Source of the DNA: the human T2T-CHM13v2.0 reference genome, Homo sapiens
Strand: one strand, 5' to 3'
NCBI RefSeq assembly: GCF_009914755.1
Contig: NC_060932.1
Length of the DNA stretch: 64,000 bases
This document shows, piece after piece, positions 37,954 to 52,300 of the stretch (position 1 is the first letter of the stretch; every line of letters begins with the position of its first letter). Made by a program: the position numbers and the translations under genes. The notes below the pieces were generated by a model that ran no database searches, was not told the origin of the DNA, and worked only from the letters and a program-made list of their open reading frames with translations.

Positions 37954-38012
37954 CAACACACTACACACAGCTTCAGGTGCCTCCTCTAAAGATCCTGATT
38001 TCATGCGTCTGA

Positions 38013-38431
<419 letters not shown>

Positions 38432-39361
38432 TGAGCTCAGGTGATCTGCCCACTTAGGCCTCCCAAAGTGGTGGGATTACAGGCGTGAGCCACTGCGCCC
38501 AGCCAGGAGGGTTTTTTTTTTTTTTTAAACATTTATTGATTTATTTTAGAGACAGGGTCTCCCTATGTTGCCCAGGCTGCAGTGCAGTGGCTATTCACAG
38601 GCGCAATCACAGCTTGCTACAACCTCGAACTCCTGGATTCAACCAATCCTCCCACCTCAGCCTCCTGAGTAGCTGGGACTACAGGCATGCACCACCACGC
38701 CAGGATGGGAGTTTGGTTTTGATCCATTTGCAAAGAGCAGCTGTGAAAGGACAGCAAAGGAAAGAAGTCACATGATTGGCTCTTTGGTGAGAATGATTGG
38801 AAGTAGCAAGAACAGATGTAGAATGAAAAACTAGGAGGTTACTGCACTGTCCTGGTGAGAGAAGATGGTGGCCTGGACTAGTGGCAGTGAGCAGATGCGA
38901 AATGGACATAGATGGGGGATCTATTTCAGATCACAGCCTACAGAAGATCCTGTCTGCCTTCAACAGAAGGACTTTGTCTAGGTGTGCTGTTGACATAAAG
39001 TGACCTTGTGAGGCCATCCACAGGAAGCCACACCAGCAGGAGGGGAGGCTATTTTAGCTGGTCAGAGCTGAGCAGACTAAAAAGGCAACATGCTTTACAG
39101 TGATTATTTTAGACACCTGCTACAATCAGAGGTAACTCTCTTCTCTGGGCTAAACCAATTAGGAGTTATTAACTTTTCTACTTACATTGTATTTATTTTT
39201 CAAGATGTAGTATATTCATATGGTTAAATTTTAAGTTACAAAGGAGCATATGGATTAAAAGTCTCCTTCATATGCCCGTTTCCTAGCCATCTTGTCACCC
39301 TTCCCATCAGCAACCAAAGTTATTCATTTCTTGGGTATCCTTCCAGAGTTATCTATATCAG

Positions 39362-40130
<769 letters not shown>

Positions 40131-40272
40131 CTAGGGGCTGGCAAACTTTTTCTGTAAATGGCCAGAGAGTAAATATTCTAGGTTTTGTGGATGGTATGAT
40201 ATTTGTAGCAATTACTCAATCCCATGGTAGTGAAAAAGTGGCCACATACAATATAGACACAAATGGGCATGA

Positions 40273-40550
<278 letters not shown>

Positions 40551-41144
40551 TAGTAGAGATGGGGTTTCACCATATCGGCCAAGCTAGTCTCCAACTCCTG
40601 AGCTCAGATGATCTGCCCACCTCGGCCTTCCGAAGTGCTGGGATTACAGACATGAACCACCACACCTGGCTAGTTTTCTAACCTCTGATTTATACTATAC
40701 AAGTAAGTATGAGCATGTGTTTGCATGGGTATTAATTTTCACCCTGTTTACACAAATGTAGCATACTGTACACTCTGTTCTGTACTGTGCTTCTTTATCT
40801 AGGTCTTAGTGATCTTTCCCTGTGAGTACATAAAGAACTTCCTCTCTTTGTTCAGCAACATCATAGTCCACTCTGTGGACACACCGTATTTTATTTAAGT
40901 AGACCTTTCTTGCTGAACATTTGTTTCCATTCTCTTGCTATTGCATAACTGCTATGAATAAATAGGTTCAAATATCACTTCTACATTGTATCTGTAGAAT
41001 AAATTTCTAGAAGTGCAATGGCTAGGTCAAAAACTATGTACAACAACTAGATGCAATAATATGAATAAATCTTACAAACAGAATATTAAGCAAAAGAAGC
41101 CTGAATAATTCCTTTTATATTAAGCAGAAACACAGACAAAACTA

Positions 41145-41565
<421 letters not shown>

Positions 41566-41631
41566 CTAACAGATGGCCAGCCAAAAGCTTTTCTCTATTC
41601 CTTTATTCTCTCTTTATAATATTAAACATTA

Positions 41632-41943
<312 letters not shown>

Positions 41944-41974
41944 TTACCACACTGGCTTTAGCTTTTGGTTGGAT

Positions 41975-42430
41975 TAGTGAGTTGAACTGTGCCCCCATAA
42001 AGGATATAAACCTCCCCTTGTGAATGTGATCTGATTTGGAAATAGGATCTTTGCAGATGTAATTAAAATCTCGACATGAGATTATTCTCGTTTATGGTGA
42101 ACCCTAAATCCAATGACTAGTGTTCTTATAAGGGAAAGCATAGAGAGATTGGTGCATACAGACACAGAGAAGGCAGTGATGTGAAGACAGGCAGAGATTG
42201 CAGTGATGTGTTTATAAGCCAAGAAATGCCAAGGTTTGCCAGCAACCACTGCAAGCCAGGAGAGAAGCATGGAACAGATTCTTCCTCCAAATCTCCAGAA
42301 AGAATCAACCTGGCTGACGCTTTGATTTCAGACTTCCAGACTCTTGAACTGTGAGAGAATACATTCCTGGTTTTTAAAGGTTACCAAGTTTGTGGTAATT
42401 TGTTACATATAGCACCCCTGGGAAATGTAT
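41975..42430 (+). mobile_element. MaLR (MLT1-like) solo LTR
   Basis: ATTTGGAAATAGGATCTTTGCAGATGTAATTAA...GAACTGTGAGAGAATACATT...GTGGTAATTTGTTAC motifs. Confidence 0.8.
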
Positions 42431-43906
42431 ATAGTACAGTTGGTCTGGGATTGGTCTTCTCTTGGTGACCAGTTCTATCTTTTCTAATCTTAACTATTCT
42501 AGTTAGGAGTGACTTGATTTAGGAAAAAAATAATAATAAGGCAGTAGAGGCTGGGTGTGGTGGCTCACACCTGCAATCCCAGCACTTCGGGAGGCTGAGG
42601 CAGGTGGATCATCTGAGGTCAGGAGTTCAAGTCCAGCTGGGCCAACATGGTAAAACCCCATCTCTACTAAAAATACAAAAATTAGCTGGGTGTGGTGGCG
42701 GGCGCCTGTAGTCCCAGCACTTTGGGAGGCTGAGGCAGGTGGATCACTTGAGATCAAGAGTTCAACCTGGCCAACATGGCAAAACTCCATCTCTACTAAA
42801 AATACAAAAATTAGCTGGGTGTGGTGGCACACGACTGTAATCCCAGCTACTCGGGAGGCTGAGGCAGAAGAATTGCTTGAACCTAGGAGGCGGAGGTTGC
42901 AGTGAGCCAAGATTGCGTCACTGCACTCCAGCTTGGGTGACGGAGTGAGACTCCGTCTCAAAAAAAAAAAAAGAAACGGAGGTTCTTGTTGGTAACCCCT
43001 AATTGCTTCAGAAAGACTCAAGTGTTCTTACTTCATGTGCTACAGAAACGAGGCTCAGGTAAGAGCTAATCATGATTCCACTACCTCATTTGGGATGAGG
43101 TCATAGGTGGGTCCCTTTCTGTTCTTTGGTAGCAAAATTAGAAAGTAAACATTAATTTGGACTGGGATTTCTTTTAGGAATGTTGCAAATGTGAGCTTAC
43201 TTAAATTGTATACCAAATCTTATTGATTTCCCACAAAAGAAGAAAAAAAATTAATTGAATGGAGGTGGGGAGACATTTTGACATTTGCCATATATTAGCT
43301 ATTCTATTCCATGTTTTAACTATATCCCAGATTCCCCTTCTGTCTGGGAGATTTTTCTCTTTGGGTGGGTTTGGTTTAGGCAGGGCCCAGCCTCCTTCTG
43401 TGGAAATCCTACAGGGAAATACACTTCATTTCCCTGGAAACCTGGCAATAAGGATTCAGGCATGTGAACTTGGACCAGCCAATGGGCTGCTCCTATCTGA
43501 GGCATTTATTTCCTCTGGGAGGAATGACCCAAAGATGCGGGGCAGAGATTATTCATGGTGGCAGAGCAAAGGATACAGAGCCATGGCATTAATGGTGGTC
43601 TCCCCTCCCGTCCCCTCCCCTCCCTTTCCTTTCCTTTTTGAGGCAGAGTTTCACTCTTGTCGCCCAGGCTGGAGTGCAATGGCACGTTCTCGGCTCACTG
43701 AACCCTCCGCCTCTGGGGTTCAAGCTATTCTCCTGCCTCAGCCTCCCAAGTAGCTGAGATTACAGGCACCTGCCACCATGCCCGGCTACTTTTTGTATTT
43801 TTAGTAGAGACAGGGTTTCACCATGTTGGCCAGGCTGGTCTCAAACTCCTGACCTCAGGTGATTCACTCGCCTCGGCCTCCCAAAGTGTTGGGATTACAG
43901 GCGTGA

Positions 43907-44158
<252 letters not shown>

Positions 44159-44869
44159 TGACCTCAGGTGATCCACTCGCCTCTGCCCCTCAAAGTGCTG
44201 GGGTTACAGGTATGAGCCACGGCCCCGGCTGATATATTCTTATAATGTGGTTTTCAGGCCTTGCCTCTCTATTGACCTCTCCCGAACATACATAGTTTAA
44301 TTTCTCAGTTTTCCCATGTAAGGTATGGTACACAGCAGTGAGTCTAATACCACAAGTATGGACCTGCTTCCCACCCCAATATAATTCAGATGGGTCTCAT
44401 ATTGTGTTTCAACCCAGCCAACTTCCCACCCCCAGTGATAAGGACTCTACCCTCTGAGTTCACATAGTACATTGCTGCCATAGCACAAGTTGCTTTGTAT
44501 TGAAATGATCGCTTTAACTTGGGAAAATAGCATAATGCAAATCAGATAAATGCAAATTAGAATAACAGTGGGAATGTCAGGGTTTTGATTTTGTTTTGCC
44601 AATTTGTTTTTCTTTTGAGACAGGGTCTCACTCTGTCACACAGGCTGGAGTGCCGTGGCTGAATCATACCTCACTACAGCTTTGATCGCCTGGGCTCAGG
44701 TGATCCTTCTGCCTCAGTCTCCCAAAGTGCTGGGATTACAAGCTTGAGCTACTACACCCATTCTAGTTTTCGTTTTTAAATAATAATCCTTGGCTGGGCA
44801 CAGGGGCTCGCGTCTGTAATCCCAGCACTTTGGGAGGCTGAGGCAGGTGGATCACCTGGGGTTGGTTTA

Positions 44870-45184
<315 letters not shown>

Positions 45185-45349
45185 TTATAATTTCCTCTGT
45201 TATTTATCTCTCTTCTAAACACCTGCCCATTAATATCTTAATTTCACTGGACACAGGTTTCTTTGAGTAGCATTTCGTATTTCTTCCTTAACCAGATCAT
45301 TGGAGTTTGTAGGTCAGAATCTGGTTCTAACCATCTCCTACTCTTCTGA

Positions 45350-45573
<224 letters not shown>

Positions 45574-45579
45574 TAGTAG

Positions 45580-45708
<129 letters not shown>

Positions 45709-45743
45709 TGATCTATTTTTTTCAATCTAAAAAGTAATTCCTG

Positions 45744-46899
45744 GGCAACCCCCTTTGGGTCCCCTCCCTTTGCATGGGAGCTCTGTTTTCACTCTATTTC
45801 ACTCTATTAAATCTTGCTACTGCACTCTTCTGGACCATGCTTGTTACGGCTCAAGCTGAGCTTTCGCTCGCCGTCCACCACTGCTGTTTGCTGCCGTGGC
45901 AGACCCGCCACTGACTTCTATCCCTCCAGATCCGGCAGGGTGTCCGCTGTGCTCCTGATCCAGCGAGGCGCCCATTGCCGCTCTGGATCGGGCTAAAGGC
46001 TTGCCATTGTTCCTGCATGGCTAAGTGCCCGGGTTCATCCTAATCGAGCTGAACACTAGTCACTGGGTTCCACGGTTCTCTTCCGTGACCCACGGCTTCT
46101 AATGGAGCTATAACACTCACCGCATGGCCCAAGATTCCATTCCTTGGAATCCATGAGGCCAAGAACCCCAGGTCAGAGAACAGGAGGCTTGCCACCATCT
46201 TGGAAGCGGCTTGCCACCATCTTGGAAACTTTGTGAACAAGGACCCCTGGTAACATTTTGGAGACCCTGAAGGGACCTCCAAAGCGTTTGTCTCTTCCAG
46301 AATCAAAGCTGCAAAACTACAAATCATTCTTCAAATGCAGCCCCAGATGCAGTCTATGACTAAGATCTACCGCGGACCCCTGGACTGGCCTGCTAGCCCA
46401 TGCTCCGATGTTAATGACATCGAAGGCACCCCTCCCCAGGAAATTTCAACTGCACAACCCCTACTACGCCCCAATTCAGCAAGAAGCAGTTAGAGCAGTC
46501 GTCGGCGAACCTCCCCAACAGCACTTGGGTTTTCCTGTTGAGAGGGCGGACTGAGAGACAGGACTAGCTGGATTTCCTAGGCCGACTAAGAATCCGTAAG
46601 CCTAGCTGGGAAGGTGACCGCATCCACCTTTAAACACGGGGCTTGCAACTTAGCTCAAACCCAACCAATCAGAGAGCTCACTAAAATGCTAATTAGGAAA
46701 AAATAGGAGGTAAAGAAATAGCCAATCTATTGCCTGAGAGCACAGCGGGAGGGACAAGGATCGGGATATAAACCCAGGCATTTGAGCTGGCAACGGCAAC
46801 CCCCTTTGGGTCCCCTCCCTTTGTATGGGAGCTCTGTTTTCACTCTATTTCAATCTATTAAATCTTGCAACTGCAAAAATAAATAAATAAATAAACAAA
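45744..46899 (+). mobile_element. HERV-W (HERV17/LTR17) L1-mediated processed pseudogene: R-U5-PBS-leader | env tail-PPT-U3-R-poly(A)
   Basis: R repeated at 45744 and 46795; LTR end TAACA at 46255; PBS-like TGGAGACCCTGAAGGGAC; syncytin-like C-terminus 46287-46493; PPT then TGAGAGACAGG at 46552; TATAAA 46767; ATTAAA 46857; A-tail; 16-bp TSD TAAAAAGTAATTCCTG at 45728-45743 and 46900-46915. Confidence 0.95.
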
Positions 46900-46954
46900 T
46901 AAAAAGTAATTCCTGCTTATAATAGAAAGTTTAGAAACAGAAAAAAAAAAGCAC

Positions 46955-47420
46955 AATATGGCAGATTAGAAACTGCTGGCTATCTCTCAGTATGCATTCT
47001 CCCCTTCTTGCTTGAGACACTCAAATAATACCTGCACTGCTCAGAATAAACTGTATGTTTCCTGATCTCCTTTACACCTGGATGTGATCCTGTGAGCATC
47101 TTTTGGTCAGTGGAATGTGAGCAGAGTGATGTGCATAACCTGCAGATTTTGTCCTTGAACCTCCCACTACTCCTTTTCCCTGGTCTTACCAGTCAGAATG
47201 CAATCAGCAGGTAGGGTGGCAAGCCATCTTCAGCCACGCGAACTAGGGCATCACTCTAGATATGGCCCCCAATAAGACATCAGGAGCCTGGGTAACAGAT
47301 ATTGCAGAGACACTATATCAGCTCTAGAATGTATATGCTCAGGCTGTGGAATGAGAGATGCATTTGTATCTCATTTAAGTCACTAATATTTTTGGATTTC
47401 TTTGTTACAGCAATGTCACC
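46955..47420 (+). mobile_element. Old MaLR LTR fragment
   Basis: GGAATGTGAGCAGAGTGATGTG and TTTGGATTTCTTTGTTACAGCA motifs. Confidence 0.55.
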
Positions 47421-47566
47421 TGTATTTTAATTAATAAAAATATCAATTCAACAAGGATTTATGCCAACTACAATGCTTACACCCTGCTCAGAGCTATGTG
47501 ATAATAATCATAACTGCAAAATTATGTAGTTTTTTTAAGTTATTTTATTTATTTTTTAAGAGATGA

Positions 47567-47674
<108 letters not shown>

Positions 47675-47875
47675 TAGGACTACAGATACCACCATGCCTG
47701 GCTAATTAAAAAAATTTTTTTTTTTGTAGAGACAGGGTCTTGCTGTGTTGCCTAGGTTGGTCTCAAACTGACCTCAAGCGATCCTCCCGCCTTGGTCTCC
47801 CAAAGTTCTAGGATTACAGGGGTGAGCCACTACACCTGGCCTATGTAGTTGTTTATTACGTAGGGTACTGAGTAC

Positions 47876-48504
47876 TGCAGAACTCTCAGCACAACTTGGT
47901 TCCAAATCCCTGCACTAACAGACTTGACCAAACTCTAGCATGGCTTCTAGCAGTATAAGGCTATGTCAGCCTTCTCCCCCAAACCCCCCATTAAAATGCC
48001 TGCTTAAGAAAGCTCAAAGCTCCCAGGAAAATTTACTATTTGTTGTTGCCAGTACCTGATGATAGGCCCCTGACCTCCTTTTCTTAGAGCATTTACTAAA
48101 AGGGGTTAGAATTGTAAATATGTATTACTTACAACTCAGAAGTCCTTCTCAAGGACTTAGAGAGCCATTCCTTTGAAATGTAATCATCAGGAAGGATAGG
48201 GCCTCTGACTCCCAGTCTCTGTGGGAGGATAGAATCCTAACTTAGATAACTGCCAGCTAGCAGACACGACTGGCCTAATGGTATTTACACTGACCAACCC
48301 TTTGTAATTTTCACTTCCCTGGCTCTAATGAGCGCCCCCCCCCCCCAACTCCTCCCTGCTTCCTCATTCTTCTTTCCAAATGCCCAAATTACCTCTGCAC
48401 AATTGGAATGGAGCTCAGCTCTTTCCCCTACTGTCAATAGTTGCTGAATAAAATCTGTTTTCATCGCTTTGACTGATGGTCAACGGCTATGTTTATTTTT
48501 GACA
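47876..48504 (+). mobile_element. Class I ERV (MER4-group-like) solo LTR inserted in a MIR
   Basis: TG...CA ends, 4-bp TSD GTAC (47872-47875, 48505-48508), AATAAA near 48447, GACCAAACTCTAG motif. Exact family uncertain. Confidence 0.7.
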
Positions 48505-49644
48505 GTACCTATGTTCTGCCAGGCACTATGCTAAGTGTTTTGCAGAGATTAGTTTATTTAATTTTCACTGCAGCACCCATTAGATAAGCACTCTACTATT
48601 ATTATCCTCATTTTGCAAAGAAACTGACGCTCAGAAATCCTAGTGTTACTTATCCAAGGTCACTCAGGGTAGTAAGTAGCCAAGATAAGATTTGAGTGTG
48701 TTTCTGACTACAGCACTATTTATACTATTCTACCTCTCAGGGCAAGACCCATGCCCTGGAAGAGCTCATGGCAGAGGTAGAGACAGATTGAGTTGCTGAG
48801 CATGCTACTGCTTTTCAAGACATATGAATAAAAGTTGTGACAAAACAGGAAAAAAAGCTCCAGGAAGATGGAAGCCAACAATAAACTCTTCCTGGGAAAA
48901 GCTGCAAATAAGGCATGTGAAAGAATGCATCAGACAGAGTGTACATACATCTTGTGCAAAGGCTGGGGGTATCAAAGGAAGAATAAGACACTCAGTGACA
49001 AGAGTATGGCGGCAGGGAGGGTGGCCGAGGCGGGCAGATCACTTGAGGTCAGGAATTTGAGACCAGCCTGGCCAACATGGTGAAACCTCACCTCCACAAA
49101 AAAATACACAATTTAGCTGGGGTGGTGGGGGCGGAGGTTGCAGTGAGTCAAGATTGCACCACAGCACTCCAGCCTGGGCGACAGAGTGAGACTCTTATCT
49201 CAAAAAAAAAAAAAAAAAAAAAAAAGTATAGGGTATGTGGGAAATAATGAAATCAGATTTTTTTAACAAAAAATCATAGTTGCTAACATTTATATTATAT
49301 GCTACCAACTATTCTAAGTACTTTATATACATAAACTCAACTAATCCTCATAATGACCCTATGAGGTAGTAGCATTATCTTTAACTTCATTTTACAGATG
49401 AGGAAAGTGAGACACAGAAGAGTGAAGTAACTTTGCCCAAGGTGACCCAACTGGCAAGTTGTAGAACCTACCCAGCCTAGCTTCAAAGTCCTATAGTAAG
49501 TAGTTTGTGCCCAATCAGGATAAGAAACTACACAGTAGGTCAAGCAAGGGAAGTTAAATGTAAAGAACTATTAATTATGTTAGCTGCGCACGGTGGTGCG
49601 TGCCTGCAGTCTCAGCTACTCAGGAGGCTGAGGCTGGAGGATCA

Positions 49645-49749
<105 letters not shown>

Positions 49750-49973
49750 CTATGATAAAGGCATAACGATAACACATAAGGAAACTCTATTCAGTACCTT
49801 ACCGTATAGAAGGTAGGGTTAGGGAGGACCCTGGTTTTTGTGTCAAGAGGCTGAAGAAAGGTTATTGCCAGGCTAAACCTGCAAGGTTAGGAAGGGACCA
49901 TGTTCTGAGTCTGGGGCTGGGGCAGACTCCACAAGGATGTTCTCACCACTACACCTGTCCCACTCACTTTAAA

Positions 49974-50360
49974 TGGAGCATTTAGACCATTTACATTCAA
50001 TGTTAGGATTGACTTGTGAGGTACCATTCCATTCATCGTGCTTTGTTGCCTGTGTACCTTGTTTTTTTTTGTTGTTTTTTAAATTGTATTTTTGTTGTAT
50101 AGGTCCTGTGTGATTTATGCTTTAACGAGGTTCTGTTTTGATGTGTTTCCAGGATTTGTTTCAAGATTTAGAACTCCTTTTAGCAGTTCCTGTAGTGGTG
50201 GCTTGGTAGTGGCAAATTCTCTCACCATTTGTCTGAAAAAGACTGTATCTTTCCTTAATATATGATGCTTAGTTTCGCTGGATACAAAATTATTGGCTGA
50301 TAATTGTTTTGTTTGAGGAGGCTAAAGATAGGGCCCCAATCCCTTCTAGCTTATAGGGTT
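49974..50360 (-). mobile_element. Internal L1PB-like fragment (ORF1 end to ORF2 start) with no poly(A), flanked by a direct repeat
   Basis: TCCCACTCACTTTAAA at 49958-49973 and 50361-50376; the insert resembles antisense L1 ORF1/ORF2 junction sequence. Confidence 0.75.
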
Positions 50361-50638
50361 TCCCACTCACTTTAAAGGAGAAATGTTTACCAGAGTTGTT
50401 ATATAGCATAGAGGCTATGTGGAAGTTTGTATTAGGAGCTGAGAGGCAATAAAATTGGTAATTGACACAGGAACTGTGCTCCAAGTCTTTAGGATTTATC
50501 AGCTTTGAGACTGAAGAGATTGGAGAATCCAACTGTGGATGGCTAAAATCAATGTAAACATCTCAGTTTTTATAATGGGAAGTACCCTGATTAGCTAGCT
50601 ATGCTCATTGCAAATATAAACAATTCAGAAGACTGTAA

Positions 50639-50977
<339 letters not shown>

Positions 50978-51199
50978 TGAGCCACCGCACCCGGCCCTAA
51001 ACACTATTTTAACAATATGGTGTCTTTTCTTCCAGACTGCCAGTAATTGAACAAAATATATGATTAACACAAAAAGGATACCATATGGACTCTTTAAACT
51101 TTTTTTTTTCAAATTTACTGTATCAGGGAATTAATATATCTTTTCGAGCCAATAGCTACAGGCCTTCCAATTTAAAAGATTAAGTTACAATAGAGTGAG

Positions 51200-52300
51200 A
51201 TTTGGGGTGCTATCCCTTTCGGAAAGCGTCCTCGATGCGGTCATATTGGAATTAACCTCCACTCCCCTCTTCTCTGGGCTCCCGCAGACTCCAGGCTGAG
51301 TGCAGAAGCGTGGATTTTCACACCCAAACCTCTGTTATTTCAGTGTCTCACCTGGCTTCTCCACAGCGCAGAAGCTCAGCCCCTGGTTGGAAGAGCCTCC
51401 CCGCGGAGATTCACAGCAAAGCGCCATTCAGGGCCCAACTCCAAGCCCAAACCTAGCTCCTCCCCAAGCCGCCGCCAGAGACCCCTCTTCTCCCAAAGCT
51501 CACCGGGGCCCCGCCCCTGACTCCGCCCACCAGAGCCCGGTCCTCCAGTCCCGCCCCATCCCGGGCCCCACCCACCAGCCGGGCTCCGCCTACCCGGAAG
51601 CGCGCTGTCCTCCTCGTCCCGGGCTCCGCCCACCGGGAGTTCGCGCCACTCACCCCACCCCGGACCCGCCCACTTCGCTTGGGCTCCACCCTCCCAGGAA
51701 CTGGCGCCGCTTGCCCCGAGCTCCGCCTACTTCGTCCCGGGCTTCCCGCGCCGGGAACTCGTGCTGCTAGTCCCGCCCTGGCCCCGCCCACCGCGCTACT
51801 GGCCCCACCACCCGGAAACTGCCCCGGCCCTCTCCCCCCGGGCTCCGCCCACCCCACGCCGGGAACCCACGCGGGCCACTACAAGCCCGCCCTTTCCTAC
51901 GTCTGGTCCAGTCGGTCTTCCTCCGGCCCGGGCCCTGGCCCAGCTAGCCGGCCATGGAAGGTAATGGCCCCGCTGCTGTCCACTACCAGCCGGCCAGCCC
52001 CCCGCGGGACGCCTGCGTCTACAGCAGCTGCTACTGGTGAGGGGGCGCGGGCGCAGCCTCTGGGTCTCCCAGGCTCCCGGGCGGCGAGTCGCAACCGGGC
52101 CCCGCCTCTTCCCGGCCCCTCCTCGGGGGCGCTCCCGGCCTCTACCGGCGGGTTCTACAGTTTTGCGGGAGGAGGGAGCGGGAATGGCAGCTCTCGTCTC
52201 TTGAGTAGAGCGTGGGCTATTGGATGGGGTTGGGAATTCGTCCGGAATCATAGGGTCGATAGTGCATTACCTGTGCCTGGCGCTTGTCGGTTGGATTTGC
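51200..52300 (+). promoter_or_regulatory. NTAQ1 CpG-island promoter with multiple GC boxes
   Basis: CpG-rich; repeated CTCCGCCC/CCCGCCC; ETS-like CCGGAAG 51594-51600; E2F-like TTCCCGCGCC 51743-51752. Confidence 0.85.
51954..52036 (+). CDS. NTAQ1: NTAQ1 (WDYHV1), N-terminal glutamine amidohydrolase, coding exon 1 (MEGNGPAAVHYQPASPPRDACVYSSCY-C)
   Basis: Strong Kozak GCCATGG at 51951-51957; recalled NTAQ1 N-terminus; donor TG|GTGAGG; 83 nt. Confidence 0.95.
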
